NCBI GenBank assembly: GCA_963665125.2
Contig: CAXXUK010000001.1
Span: 2,432,001-2,496,000, forward strand
DNA length: 64,000 nucleotides
From: an uncultured Desulfarculus sp.
Lineage (GTDB): Bacteria > Desulfobacterota > Desulfarculia > Desulfarculales > Desulfarculaceae
Direction of reading: 5' to 3'
In this document: positions 9,736 to 19,392 of the stretch, in pieces
Layout: every line of letters starts with the position of its first letter
How positions within the stretch are numbered: position 1 is the first letter of the stretch
Notes under the pieces: generated by a model
The model's input: the letters and a program-made list of their open reading frames with translations, nothing else
What the model was told of the DNA's origin: nothing
The model's database searches: none
Made by a program: the position numbers and the translations under genes

Positions 9736-10659
9736 TCAATCAGTGAATAGCACGGCCGCCCGGGCGGCTATGCCTTCGATATCATCCGGTGCATGCCAGT
9801 TTATACCGTCCATGCCCCGAAACCAAGTAAGCTGACGCTTGGCATAGGCCTTTGTTTGCCGAATTGTCTCGTCAACGGCCTCATCCCGGCCCATTTGGCC
9901 CAACAAAAAGGCCACGGCCTGGCGGTAGCCCAGGGTGTTCAGGCCGGGGGCGTCCGGAGGCGTCCCGGCGTCCAGCAGAGCCTTGGTTTCTTCCACCAGG
10001 CCGCCGTCCCACATCAGGCGGCTGCGCAGCCCGATGCGGTTATATAATTGTTCCCGGGGCCTGTCCAGGCCCACCAGGGCGTGTTCGTAGCGCAGTTGGC
10101 TGAAGCCGTGGTCGGCCTGCCAGGCGCTCATGGGCCGGCCCGTGGCCAGGCAGACCTCCATGGCCCTGAGCACCCGCTGACGGTCATTTGGGTGCAGGCG
10201 CCCTGCCGCGTCCGGGTCCAGTTCGGCCAGGCGCTTGTGCATGACGATGTTGCCTTGGGCATCCCAATCTTCCCGCAGCCGGGCCCGGATTTTTTTGTCG
10301 GCCGGAGGGGCCGGAGCCAGGCCGTGCAGCAGGGCCCGCACATAGAGCCCCGTGCCCCCGGCCACCAGCACCCGCTTGCCCCTGGCGTTGATGTCGGCTA
10401 TGGCCGCGTCGGCCATCTCGGCGAACCGGGCCGCGCTGAATTGTTCCGCCGGGTCGGCCACGTCGATCATGTGGTGCCGGGCCGCCGCCTGTTCTTCGGG
10501 CGTGGGCTTGGCCGAGCCGATATCCAGGCCGCGATAGATCTGCACGCTGTCGGCGCCGACGATCTCGGCGTCAAAGCGCCGGGCCAACTCGATGGCCAGA
10601 CCGGTCTTGCCCACGGCCGTGGGGCCCACGATGATCAGCAGCGGCGGACGTCCGGCCAT
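9736..10659 (-). CDS. miaA: tRNA dimethylallyltransferase
   Basis: GPTAVGKT, DSVQIYRGLDIGSAKP, GGTGLY, YAKRQLTWF; start trimmed to the ATG just after mutL. Confidence 0.97.
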   Translation of the reverse strand: MAGRPPLLIIVGPTAVGKTGLAIELARRFDAEIVGADSVQIYRGLDIGSAKPTPEEQAAARHHMIDVADPAEQFSAARFAEMADAAIADINARGKRVLVAGGTGLYVRALLHGLAPAPPADKKIRARLREDWDAQGNIVMHKRLAELDPDAAGRLHPNDRQRVLRAMEVCLATGRPMSAWQADHGFSQLRYEHALVGLDRPREQLYNRIGLRSRLMWDGGLVEETKALLDAGTPPDAPGLNTLGYRQAVAFLLGQMGRDEAVDETIRQTKAYAKRQLTWFRGMDGINWHAPDDIEGIAARAAVLFTD

Positions 10660-10661
10660 GC

Positions 10662-12494
10662 TCACGCCTCCGAACCCCGTTTGAAGGCCTTGGCCAGGTC
10701 CCGGCGGCTGATGCTCAGAAAAACCGGCCTGCCGTGGGGGCAGGTCACCGGCGGCGGCAGTTCCGCGGCCAGGCGCACCAGTTCCTCCAGTTCGGCCATG
10801 CTCAGGCGCTGGCCCTGGCGGATGGAGCCGTGGCACGACAAGCTGACCAAAGCCGCCTCGATGAATTCGGGTCGGTCCACGGGCAGGCCCGAGGAGGCCA
10901 TCCGGCTTAGCAGATCCCGGACCAGGGTGGCCGGATCAGCGCCGGAGGCCGAGGCTGGCAGGGCCGAAACGGCCCAGGTGTTTCCGCCGAAGTGGCTCAT
11001 CTCCAGGCCCACCCGGGACCAGGCCGGGGCCTGTTTTTCGGCCCACATGGCCTCCTGAGGGCTCAACTCAAAAGTTAACGGGGCCAACAGGCCCTGGCTG
11101 GGCGCAGTTCCGGCCTCGAATTGGGCCTTGAGCCGCTCAAAGGTAATGCGCTCATGGGCGGCGTGCTGGTCCATGATCACCAGGCCGTCCGGGGCCGAGC
11201 AAAGCACGTACAGGCCGTGAAGCTGGCCGATGACGGCCAAGCCATCCGCAGCGCCGAACATGGGCCGGGCCAAGGACATGGCTGGGGCGTCAACCGGCTG
11301 AGCCGGGGCCGCCACGGGCCGGAGCGGCTCGGGCGCCAGATTGGCGGCCGCATCGCGCCACGAGGGCATGCGCGGCTCGCTGACCGCTCCGCCGGGAATA
11401 TGATGCTGGACGGACGGAGCCTGAGGCATTGGCGGGGGCTGCAAGCCCTGGGGCTCGGCCACTGGTTCGGGCTGGATTGCATCCGCCCGTCGCCCGGTGA
11501 GACCACGGCGCAGGGCCATGACCACGGCGTCGTGGACCTCGCCCACCCGGCGGAAGCGCACCTCGACCTTGGCCGGATGCACGTTGACATCCACCTGGCC
11601 GGGATCGATCTGCACATTGAGCACCACCACCGGGCGGCGGTCCCTGGGCATCAGGCCGTGATAGGCCTGGTTCACCGCGTGCAAAAGGGTGCGGTCCCGG
11701 ACAAACCTGCCGTTAACGAACGTGAAAACCTGATCCGCAGAGCTGCGGCTGATGGACGGCAGGCCCAACAACCCGCTGAGCCGCAAAGGACCGGCATCGA
11801 CATCCAGCGGCAGCATGGCCCTGGCCGTGTCCCGGCCCAGCAGGGCTGCCACCCTGGCCATGGGCTCGGCCACGGTGGGCAGGTCATAGAGCAGCTTGCC
11901 GCCGCTGGTGTAACGGAAGGCCACCTGGGGCCAGCCCAGGGCCAGACGCACCAGGGAGGTAGCCAAATGGCCGTTTTCCGTGGCCTGGCTCTTGAGAAAC
12001 TTGCGGCGGGCCGGGATGTTGTAGAAAAGATCGCGCATCTCCACGGTGGTGCCAACCCGACAGCCCACCTCGGCCGTTTCGCGCATCACCCCGCCCTCCA
12101 TGCGCACCTTGTAGCCTGTCTCGTCCTCGGCCCTGCGGGTGGTGATGGTCAGACGGCTGACGCTGGCGATGGACGGCAGGGCCTCGCCGCGAAAGCCCAG
12201 GGTGCCTACGTGCTCCAGGTCTTCAGCCTGGGCCACCTTGCTGGTGGCATGGCGTTCCAGGGCCATCAAGGCGTCGTCCTGGGACATGCCCCGGCCGTCA
12301 TCAACCACGCGGATCAGCCCCCGGCCGCCGCCGTCCACCTCCACCAGCACCCTGGAGGCCCCGGCGTCGATGGCGTTTTCCACCAGTTCCTTGAGCACCG
12401 AGGCCGGACGCTCCACGACCTCGCCCGCGGCGATCTGGTTGGCCACGTTGTCCGGCAGCAGCCGAACGGGGCGGTATGTGCCTTGCTGGTTCAT
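10662..12494 (-). CDS. mutL: DNA mismatch repair endonuclease MutL
   Basis: NQIAAGEVVERPASVLKELVENAIDAG, GFRGEAL, DQHAAHER and CPHGRP endonuclease motifs. Confidence 0.97.
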   Translation of the reverse strand: MNQQGTYRPVRLLPDNVANQIAAGEVVERPASVLKELVENAIDAGASRVLVEVDGGGRGLIRVVDDGRGMSQDDALMALERHATSKVAQAEDLEHVGTLGFRGEALPSIASVSRLTITTRRAEDETGYKVRMEGGVMRETAEVGCRVGTTVEMRDLFYNIPARRKFLKSQATENGHLATSLVRLALGWPQVAFRYTSGGKLLYDLPTVAEPMARVAALLGRDTARAMLPLDVDAGPLRLSGLLGLPSISRSSADQVFTFVNGRFVRDRTLLHAVNQAYHGLMPRDRRPVVVLNVQIDPGQVDVNVHPAKVEVRFRRVGEVHDAVVMALRRGLTGRRADAIQPEPVAEPQGLQPPPMPQAPSVQHHIPGGAVSEPRMPSWRDAAANLAPEPLRPVAAPAQPVDAPAMSLARPMFGAADGLAVIGQLHGLYVLCSAPDGLVIMDQHAAHERITFERLKAQFEAGTAPSQGLLAPLTFELSPQEAMWAEKQAPAWSRVGLEMSHFGGNTWAVSALPASASGADPATLVRDLLSRMASSGLPVDRPEFIEAALVSLSCHGSIRQGQRLSMAELEELVRLAAELPPPVTCPHGRPVFLSISRRDLAKAFKRGSEA

Positions 12495-12708
12495 GCCCCA
12501 ACATATAGCACATATTTCCGGCGGCATGCCACTATATAGCGTTATTGCGCTTGGTGGCCGCGTTTGATAAAGTGAGCTGGCCGAGGATGGGCTAAAGGTT
12601 TATCTTCGGGCCGGGCCCCCGCCGTCTTTCTTGGGGAAATCAGCGGGAAAGCGCCTCTTTCCCGCGCGGCGGGCGCGCCCCGGCAGCCACCAATCTTTGG
12701 AGCAAACC

Positions 12709-12888
12709 ATGAGCGAAAAGCAGCCAGCGCCGGACAAACTCTCGCCCCGGCAGGAGTCTTACCTCAAAACCAGCAAGGAAATCGCCGTCAAGTTCATCGA
12801 GACCGGCAGGCTCAACCTGGCCAGCTTCAGCGAGGTTTTCGAGCAGATTTATTCCGGCGTGAAAACCGCCGTGGAAAACAACGACTAG
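12709..12888 (+). CDS. Small hypothetical protein (59 aa)
   Basis: GGAG before ATG; KEIAVKFIETGRL...F...FEQIY resembles a small family I recall from deltaproteobacteria. Confidence 0.65.
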   Translation: MSEKQPAPDKLSPRQESYLKTSKEIAVKFIETGRLNLASFSEVFEQIYSGVKTAVENND

Positions 12889-13721
12889 CCGTAATAGACC
12901 CTGGCCAGATAAAGGCCGCCCGGCGGGGCCTTTGGTCCGGGGTACAGCCGCTGGCCGGCTTCGAGCATCTCCGCAATTGCCCGGGGCGGCAGGCGATCCC
13001 TTCCCACCTGACTGAGCGTACCCACGATATTGCGCACCACATGCCGGAGAAAACCGCTGCCCGACAGCCGCACCACCAGCATGCCGTCTCCGGCGGGCTC
13101 GATGAGCGCATCGCTGACCCGACGGACAGTGGAGCCGTCCAGATCGTTGGAATGGGCGGCAAAGGCGGCCAGGTCCACATCGCCCACCAGATGGGCCAGG
13201 GCCCGCCGCATGGCCTCGACGTTCAAGGCATGGCCCAGGGGCCAGCAATGACCGTCCAGGAACATGCCCGGATCGGCCTGAGGCCAAAGATAATACTCAT
13301 AGGTCTTGCCGGTAACGCTATAGCGGGCGTGGAAATCAGGAGCCACAGAGCCCAGGGCCCTGATTCGCACGTCGGGCGGCATCATTGAATTGAGGGCCTG
13401 GATCATCCGGGGCGGGTCCAGGCGGCCGTACGCCTCGAAAGAGGCCACCTGGCCCAGGGCGTGGACGCCGGTGTCGGTGCGGCCAGCTGCCACGATGCGA
13501 ACGGGCCGATCCATTAGTTGCGAAAGCTTGCGCTCCACGACGCCTTGGACCGTGCGTCCCTTGTTCTGCACCTGCCAGCCCAGAAAACCGGCGCCCCGGT
13601 AGGCCAGGACCATGGCCATGGGCCGGGGCTCTTCCGGATCGACATCGGCCGTCGGCTCCACAAACGGCACGTCGTGGGGCGGGAAATCCCCCCGGAGCCG
13701 CTGCCACAGCAGGCAATCCAT
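12885..13721 (-). CDS. truA: tRNA pseudouridine(38-40) synthase
   Basis: GWQVQ, AGRTDTGVHALGQV, FHARYS, FLRHVVRNIVG. Confidence 0.95.
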   Translation of the reverse strand: MDCLLWQRLRGDFPPHDVPFVEPTADVDPEEPRPMAMVLAYRGAGFLGWQVQNKGRTVQGVVERKLSQLMDRPVRIVAAGRTDTGVHALGQVASFEAYGRLDPPRMIQALNSMMPPDVRIRALGSVAPDFHARYSVTGKTYEYYLWPQADPGMFLDGHCWPLGHALNVEAMRRALAHLVGDVDLAAFAAHSNDLDGSTVRRVSDALIEPAGDGMLVVRLSGSGFLRHVVRNIVGTLSQVGRDRLPPRAIAEMLEAGQRLYPGPKAPPGGLYLARVYYG

Positions 13722-13722
13722 G

Positions 13723-14760
13723 CTATGGCGTCTGGGCCAGGCCCGTCAGCCCGGCGGTTTCACCCAGGCCAAGCATCAGGTTGGCGTTTTGGATGGCCTG
13801 GCCGCTGGCGCCCTTGGTCAGATTGTCCAGGGCCGAAAAGACCTTTATCAGGCCGCTGCGGGGATCGGTGGCCACGCCGATGTCGACGATGTTGGTCCCC
13901 CGCACATGTTTGGTGTTCGGCATTTCGCCCTTGGGCAATACCCGCACAAAAGGTTCGTCGCCAAAGGTTTCGTTCCAGTAGGCCAGTATATGTTCGGCCG
14001 TGGCGTCGCCGATGGGCCGGGCATAGATGGTCGACAAGATGCCCCGGTCCATGGGCAGCAAATGCGGGGTGAAGGTCAGCCTGAGAGGCTCTCCGGCGGC
14101 CAGGGACAGCTCCTGCTCCATCTCCGGGGTGTGCCGGTGGCCCTCAACCGCGTACGCCTTGAAGCTTTCGTGCACCTCGCCGTGGATCAGATTCAGCTTG
14201 GCGCTGCGCCCCGCCCCGGAAACGCCCGAGGCGCTGTCGGCGATCAGACTCTGGGGGCTGACCAGCTCCGCCTCCAACAGCGGTATCATGGGCATCAGCA
14301 CGCTGGTGACATAGCAGCCGGGATTGGCCACCAGGTCGGCTCCGGGTATCTGGTCGCGGTAGAATTCGGGCAAGCCATACACCGCCTTGGCCAGCAGCTC
14401 CGGGCAGGTGTGGGGAGCGTACCACTGCTCATACACGGCCTGGTCCCTCAGTCGGAAATCCGCGCTGAGGTCGACGACCTTGACCCCGGCGGCCAACAGT
14501 TCCGGCGCCGAGGCCATGGCCGCCTTGTGCGGCACGGCCAGGAAAACCAGATCCACGTCCTTGGTCAGCAGGTCGACGTCCGGCTCGCAAAAGGCAAGAT
14601 CGCCACAGCCCCGCAACGCCCCGAAGACCGAGGCCACGCTCTGGCCCAAATGCTGCCGTGAACTTACAGCCGTCAGATTTAGCCGGGGATGCCCGGCGAT
14701 CAGGCGCATCAATTCCACGCCGGTATAGCCGCTTCCACCCATAATCGACACGTTGTGCAT
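13723..14760 (-). CDS. argC: N-acetyl-gamma-glutamyl-phosphate reductase
   Basis: GGSGYTG, DLSADFRL, ANPGCY, SGVSGAGR, DNLTKGASGQAIQN. Confidence 0.96.
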   Translation of the reverse strand: MHNVSIMGGSGYTGVELMRLIAGHPRLNLTAVSSRQHLGQSVASVFGALRGCGDLAFCEPDVDLLTKDVDLVFLAVPHKAAMASAPELLAAGVKVVDLSADFRLRDQAVYEQWYAPHTCPELLAKAVYGLPEFYRDQIPGADLVANPGCYVTSVLMPMIPLLEAELVSPQSLIADSASGVSGAGRSAKLNLIHGEVHESFKAYAVEGHRHTPEMEQELSLAAGEPLRLTFTPHLLPMDRGILSTIYARPIGDATAEHILAYWNETFGDEPFVRVLPKGEMPNTKHVRGTNIVDIGVATDPRSGLIKVFSALDNLTKGASGQAIQNANLMLGLGETAGLTGLAQTP

Positions 14761-14772
14761 AACCGCCACTCC

Positions 14773-14808
14773 ATAAAAAAAGGGCAGGCCCTTTGCTGGG
14801 CCCGCCCG
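14773..14808 (-). terminator. Terminator-like hairpin after rpsI
   Basis: Minus strand GGGCGGGCCC...GGGCCTGCCC followed by a T run. Confidence 0.55.
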
Positions 14809-14829
14809 ATGCATCGTAGATTCCGGAGC

Positions 14830-15228
14830 TTAGCGCTTGGAGAACTGGAACGAAGCGCGGGCGCCCTTTTGGCCGTACTTTTTGCGCTCCTTCTTACGGG
14901 AGTCGCGGGTCAGGAACCCGGCTTTCTTCAGGGATTGGCGAAGCTCGGGGTTGAACTCCAGCAGGGCCCGGGCAATGCCGTGGCGCAGGGCGCCGGCCTG
15001 TCCGCTGGTGCCGCCGCCGCAAACGGTAGCCATAATATCGAACTGCTCAGCCGTCTCGGTGAGGACCAGGGGCTGCTTCAGAAGCATGACATCGGTGTCG
15101 CGGCAGAAAAATTCACCAACTTCACGGGTGTTGACGGTGATCTTGCCGGTGCCGCCGGGAATCAGCCAACAACGGGCCACGGAGCATTTCCTCTTGCCGG
15201 TTGCATAGTAGCGGGATTCAGACATCAT
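14830..15228 (-). CDS. rpsI: 30S ribosomal protein S9
   Basis: [27 protein letters not shown]-terminal QFSKR. Confidence 0.98.
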   Translation of the reverse strand: MMSESRYYATGKRKCSVARCWLIPGGTGKITVNTREVGEFFCRDTDVMLLKQPLVLTETAEQFDIMATVCGGGTSGQAGALRHGIARALLEFNPELRQSLKKAGFLTRDSRKKERKKYGQKGARASFQFSKR

Positions 15229-15243
15229 TAATTCTCCAAAGGC

Positions 15244-15672
15244 TTACAGGCTCAGGCTCTCGGGGGCCTGGGCAGTGTGGGGGTGATCCGGTCCCGCGTA
15301 AACCTTAAGTTTCTTGATCATCTTACGGCCTAGGCGATTTTTGGGCAACATGCCGCGGACGGCGGCGAAGATCATCCGCTCGGGATACTTTTCGCGCATG
15401 ACATCGGCCGTGGTCTCGGTGATGCCGCCCGGATAACCGCTGTGGCGGTAATAGGCCTTCTGGTCCCACTTGCGACCGGTCAGCTTGATCTTTTCGGCAT
15501 TAACCACGATGATAAAATCACCGGTGTCCACGTGGGGCGTGAAAGTAGGCTTATGCTTTCCGCGCAGGCGCATGGCGACCTGGGTGGCCAGGCGGCCCAG
15601 CACCATGTCGGTAGCGTCGACGACGTACCACTCGCGGCTGGTTTCATTTGGTTTGGCGACGAATGTTTTCAT
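15244..15672 (-). CDS. rplM: 50S ribosomal protein L13
   Basis: MKTFVAK...WYVVDA...LGRLAT...[15 protein letters not shown]...HSGYPGG. Confidence 0.98.
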   Translation of the reverse strand: MKTFVAKPNETSREWYVVDATDMVLGRLATQVAMRLRGKHKPTFTPHVDTGDFIIVVNAEKIKLTGRKWDQKAYYRHSGYPGGITETTADVMREKYPERMIFAAVRGMLPKNRLGRKMIKKLKVYAGPDHPHTAQAPESLSL

Positions 15673-15735
15673 TATTCCTGCCTGTAGGTATACAAGATTC
15701 CGCAATGGTCCCCTTAAAGGGCCAACGAAAGCTGT

Positions 15736-15764
15736 TTTTTATAGTAGAGCCCGCGATCTGTCAA
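15736..15764 (-). promoter_or_regulatory. Sigma70-type promoter of rplM-rpsI
   Basis: TTGACA followed 15-17 nt later by TATAAAAA. Confidence 0.6.
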
Positions 15765-15787
15765 GGCCTGGGGCTCGATTTTCCGGG

Positions 15788-18022
15788 CTATTGATTTCCG
15801 AAACCAAAGTTGGTGCCAAACAATTCGCCAAAGCCGCCAAGGCTGAAGGCCACGAAGAAGCCGCGTTCGCGCATGTCGTCGCGGTAATAGAGCCTCACAC
15901 CCCAGCACTGGCCCGAGTATTCAATCTGATAGATCGTCTCGTAGTCTTGCTCTTCGTCAAAGTCGTGCCTGTTCTGAACGCCCAGGCTCCATTCCTCGTT
16001 GAGTGCCAGTTTGGCCCGCGTATAAAGCTGCTTGAGCGAGTTGTGGGTAAAGCGGTAATCAACGCTGATTTCATCGCCCCGGTCGTCGCTGAAGACGAGT
16101 TGGGCGTTAATGGTCTCCCAGCGGTTTGCGTAGGGATCCCAGTAGATGTCGCTCTCAAAGTACATGCCGTCCCAGGGATCAAACTCAACACGGGCGCCGA
16201 CATCGCTGAAGGGCTTGATGTCGGCCTTGCCGGGCAGCGGATCACGGCGGGCTTCGTCAATGTAGTATCTCTGGAAGAAGTCGAGAGTAAGGAAATCTCG
16301 GTACTCCGCCTCGACCTCACCGGTTTCCTCGTTGTCCACCATCACTTTTGAAGTAAAGGTGTTTTTAAAACCGTAATAAAGGTAGTTCTGGGTTGTCGTT
16401 TGGTACTGGGCAAGGTCAGGCGCGTCGCTGTCGGTCATGCTTGGCCTGTAGTTATAATCGACAAAAGGCCTGAAGGCATGTTTCATCTTAAGGGGATTCT
16501 CTTCCGTTCCGAAATCGAACACCCGGTAGAGATATGTCGAGTTCTGCCACTTGGCGACCCAGGTATAACTGGCGCCGAGATTGTTCTTGTCCTGCGGCTC
16601 GTCATCGTCAAGGCTCGCGAAATATAGGCGCTGTTGCCATTTGAAGCTGGGCTCTGTTTCCAGGTAGTCGTTGAAGTTCAGCGGCAGGCTGACTTTTGGG
16701 TCAAAGTTGAGGATGTGGCCGGTGCTGCCCTCTTCCCGGTAGTAATAAGTATAATCTGAATTCATCTGGAAGTAGGCCAGACCGTTTTTACCGATTGCCT
16801 GCCTCGTGGCGTCGTAGCTTATGGTCGGCAGGCTCTGCAGCGTATCCTTATTGTCTGTCTCCAGATCATCGTAGTAATAGGCCGTCATGTTCAAAGTGCT
16901 CGCCGACCAGGATCGCAGCACGTTGACCTTGTTGACGCGGGTCGTGGTGGTGTTGGGCTCCAGGGAGCGGCCGAACATCTCGGTCAGACGGTAGTTGGTG
17001 GCGTCGTAGCCGGTATAACCGAAGGTGAACTCGCGCATATAATCCTGGTCGCTGACCAAGTCGAGGTCGGCGCGCAACTGCATCGTGCCGCCAAACAACT
17101 CTTGGTCGGCCATACCGCGCACCCACCAGCGTTTGTCGTACACCTCGGCGTTATAACCATCCAGGTAGAGGTTCTCGCCATTGGAATCGTGGTTCAGATA
17201 GTCGGCCATGAACATGCCCTTGGATTCGGTATCCAGAGCCCAGCGGTATTCGACGCCAACGTCCAGGCCGCGTTTGGTCATGTAGTTGAGGGTGATGGTG
17301 GCGTCATGTTCCTCGCCAAGCACCTGATAATAGGGCAGGCTGAACATGAAGCCCGACTGTTTGCTGTTACCAAAGGCCGGTGGCAGCAGACCGGATTGAC
17401 GCTTGAACTTGACCGGGAACACCAGATAGGGAGACCACAACACAGGCAGGTCCTTGACCCTGAAGGCCGTATTTTTGGCCGTGCCGTAGCCTTCCAGTTC
17501 TATATCCACCTCGTGACCGGTAATCTCCCAGTTGGGATGCTCGCCGTCGCAAGTGGTGAACCCGCCATAGGCCACACGATAGGTGTCCTTGCCGGTTTTC
17601 TCTATCTCTTCGCCGCGGAGATAATAGTTGGTGGGCCGCAGAAACACCTTGGCGTTGTAAAGCTTGCCCGTATTGTCGTTGAGATTGACGGCCAGGCTCT
17701 CGGCGGTGACCACCTGGTCCTTGGTGACCAAATGAACGTCGCCCTCCGCCTCGGCGATCATGGTTTCGGCAAACAGCCGCACCCGGTCGGCCACCAGACG
17801 GTTTTCGCCCTGGGTGATCTCGACCTCGCCCTCACACAGGTAGGCCTGAGCCTTGTCGTCATAGACCAGTTTGTCGGCCCGGACATCAACCGGAGCCGCC
17901 AGATCCAGTCTGACAAGTTCGTTGCTTTTTGCCGAAACAGGCGCTGCCGAAAAGGCAAGCACCGCCACTATGAAAGATACCAAGACCAGCCCTAGGCCAT
18001 ACGTACGCCAGGATTTGTGCAC
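15788..18022 (-). CDS. lptD: LPS-assembly protein LptD
   Basis: Signal peptide; OstA-like N-terminus (ADKLVYD...EGEVEI); FTTCD, RQSGLLPP and C-terminal QCW; GTG start after GGAGGAG. Confidence 0.88.
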   Translation of the reverse strand: MHKSWRTYGLGLVLVSFIVAVLAFSAAPVSAKSNELVRLDLAAPVDVRADKLVYDDKAQAYLCEGEVEITQGENRLVADRVRLFAETMIAEAEGDVHLVTKDQVVTAESLAVNLNDNTGKLYNAKVFLRPTNYYLRGEEIEKTGKDTYRVAYGGFTTCDGEHPNWEITGHEVDIELEGYGTAKNTAFRVKDLPVLWSPYLVFPVKFKRQSGLLPPAFGNSKQSGFMFSLPYYQVLGEEHDATITLNYMTKRGLDVGVEYRWALDTESKGMFMADYLNHDSNGENLYLDGYNAEVYDKRWWVRGMADQELFGGTMQLRADLDLVSDQDYMREFTFGYTGYDATNYRLTEMFGRSLEPNTTTTRVNKVNVLRSWSASTLNMTAYYYDDLETDNKDTLQSLPTISYDATRQAIGKNGLAYFQMNSDYTYYYREEGSTGHILNFDPKVSLPLNFNDYLETEPSFKWQQRLYFASLDDDEPQDKNNLGASYTWVAKWQNSTYLYRVFDFGTEENPLKMKHAFRPFVDYNYRPSMTDSDAPDLAQYQTTTQNYLYYGFKNTFTSKVMVDNEETGEVEAEYRDFLTLDFFQRYYIDEARRDPLPGKADIKPFSDVGARVEFDPWDGMYFESDIYWDPYANRWETINAQLVFSDDRGDEISVDYRFTHNSLKQLYTRAKLALNEEWSLGVQNRHDFDEEQDYETIYQIEYSGQCWGVRLYYRDDMRERGFFVAFSLGGFGELFGTNFGFGNQ

Positions 18023-18086
18023 GTGCGCTCCTCCCCGCTCCTCACCACGCGGTTGCATTTTGCCGCAACTTAGCATTTTGCTTTAT

Positions 18087-19385
18087 CTAAAGCAAGTCGC
18101 TTGTATCCATTCCTCCCAGGATTGCCCGCGCCTCACCCACGGTAAACAGCGACCCGCTGACCAGTACGACTCCCTTTGGTCCGGCCAATTGTTTCGCCCT
18201 GTCCATGGCCGGGCCCAATTGGCCAATGATTTCGTGGGGCGGGCAATCGTCTGGCGCCGCGGCGGCCAAGACCTGGGGTTCCGCCGCCCTGGTGTACATC
18301 GGCCGTGAAAACACCACCTTGTCGGCCAGCGGCAGCAAAATCTCCAGGATTTCCCTAATGGCTTTGTCGGCCATGACACCCACAACCATCACCAGATCTC
18401 CGCCCTGACGCCGTATTTGGTCCATGCTGGCCACAAGGGCCTTGGCCGCGGGCACGTTGTGGGCCCCATCCAACCACAGGGTAGGCTCGTCCTCGCCCGT
18501 GGGCCACTGCTCCAGCCGGGCGGGCCAGTCCACCTTTTTAAGGCCTGTTGCAAAGTTATCCGGCCCGATCCTCACGCCCGCCTCGGCCAGGCATTCCGCC
18601 GCGCCCAGTGCCAACGCGGCATTGGACGGCTGGTGGGCGCCCCGCAGATTCGTATGCATCTCCGCGAAACTCCACAAACGGCCCCACAGGCCAAACGATC
18701 CGTCGTCATTGCGGCGGAAGCGCACTTCCCGGCCCAGGCGGATCACCGGCGCGCCCAATTGACCGGCCCGTATTTCAACGACTTCCCGGGCCGGCGGCTG
18801 GCGCACGCCGTGCACCACCGGCACGTAGGGTTTGATTATCCCGGCCTTTTCATAGGCCACCTGGGCCAGGGTGCTGCCCAGAAACTCCTGGTGCTCCAAG
18901 CCGATGTTGGTGATCACCGTGGCCAGGGGCTTGCAGACATTGGTGGCGTCCAGGCGGCCGCCCAGGCCCGTCTCCAGGATCAGCAGGTCCACCTTTTGCC
19001 GGGCAAAATACAAAAAGGCCATGGCCGTGACGAACTCGAAAAAAGTAGGCGGTTCGCGGTCGTCGGCAATGGCCCAGACATCCTCGGCCAGGCTTACGAT
19101 CTCGTCCCGGCTGATCTCCTTGCCGTTGGTCTTGAACCGTTCGGTGAAGTTGACCAGATGGGGCGAGGTGTAAAAGCCGGTCTTGATCCCGGCGTCCATC
19201 AACGAGGCCTCCAACATGGCCCCCACCGAGCCCTTGCCGTTTGTACCGGCCAAATGGATTGTGGGAATGTCCAGGTGTGGATCGCCCAAACGCTTCAACA
19301 GCAACTCAGTGGAATTCAAACCTAGCTTGATGCCGAATTTCTGCAGGTCGTACAGCCGTTCAACGGCTTGGCGGTAAGCGTCCAT
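18087..19385 (-). CDS. folC: Folylpolyglutamate synthase / dihydrofolate synthase
   Basis: HLAGTNGKGS, YTSPHL, ETGLGGRLDATN, EKAGIIK, LDGAHN, SGSLFTVG. Confidence 0.96.
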   Translation of the reverse strand: MDAYRQAVERLYDLQKFGIKLGLNSTELLLKRLGDPHLDIPTIHLAGTNGKGSVGAMLEASLMDAGIKTGFYTSPHLVNFTERFKTNGKEISRDEIVSLAEDVWAIADDREPPTFFEFVTAMAFLYFARQKVDLLILETGLGGRLDATNVCKPLATVITNIGLEHQEFLGSTLAQVAYEKAGIIKPYVPVVHGVRQPPAREVVEIRAGQLGAPVIRLGREVRFRRNDDGSFGLWGRLWSFAEMHTNLRGAHQPSNAALALGAAECLAEAGVRIGPDNFATGLKKVDWPARLEQWPTGEDEPTLWLDGAHNVPAAKALVASMDQIRRQGGDLVMVVGVMADKAIREILEILLPLADKVVFSRPMYTRAAEPQVLAAAAPDDCPPHEIIGQLGPAMDRAKQLAGPKGVVLVSGSLFTVGEARAILGGMDTSDLL

Positions 19386-19392
19386 TTTTCAC

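Noticed and set aside
9690..9736. hfq after miaA
   Set aside because: No room and no Hfq-like ORF; absence at this position is not unusual enough to report.
9736..10836. Extended N-termini in the ORF track for miaA (also argC, icmF, rplM, lptD, APC permease)
   Set aside because: The extensions overlap upstream genes or lack an RBS; downstream starts match family N-termini.
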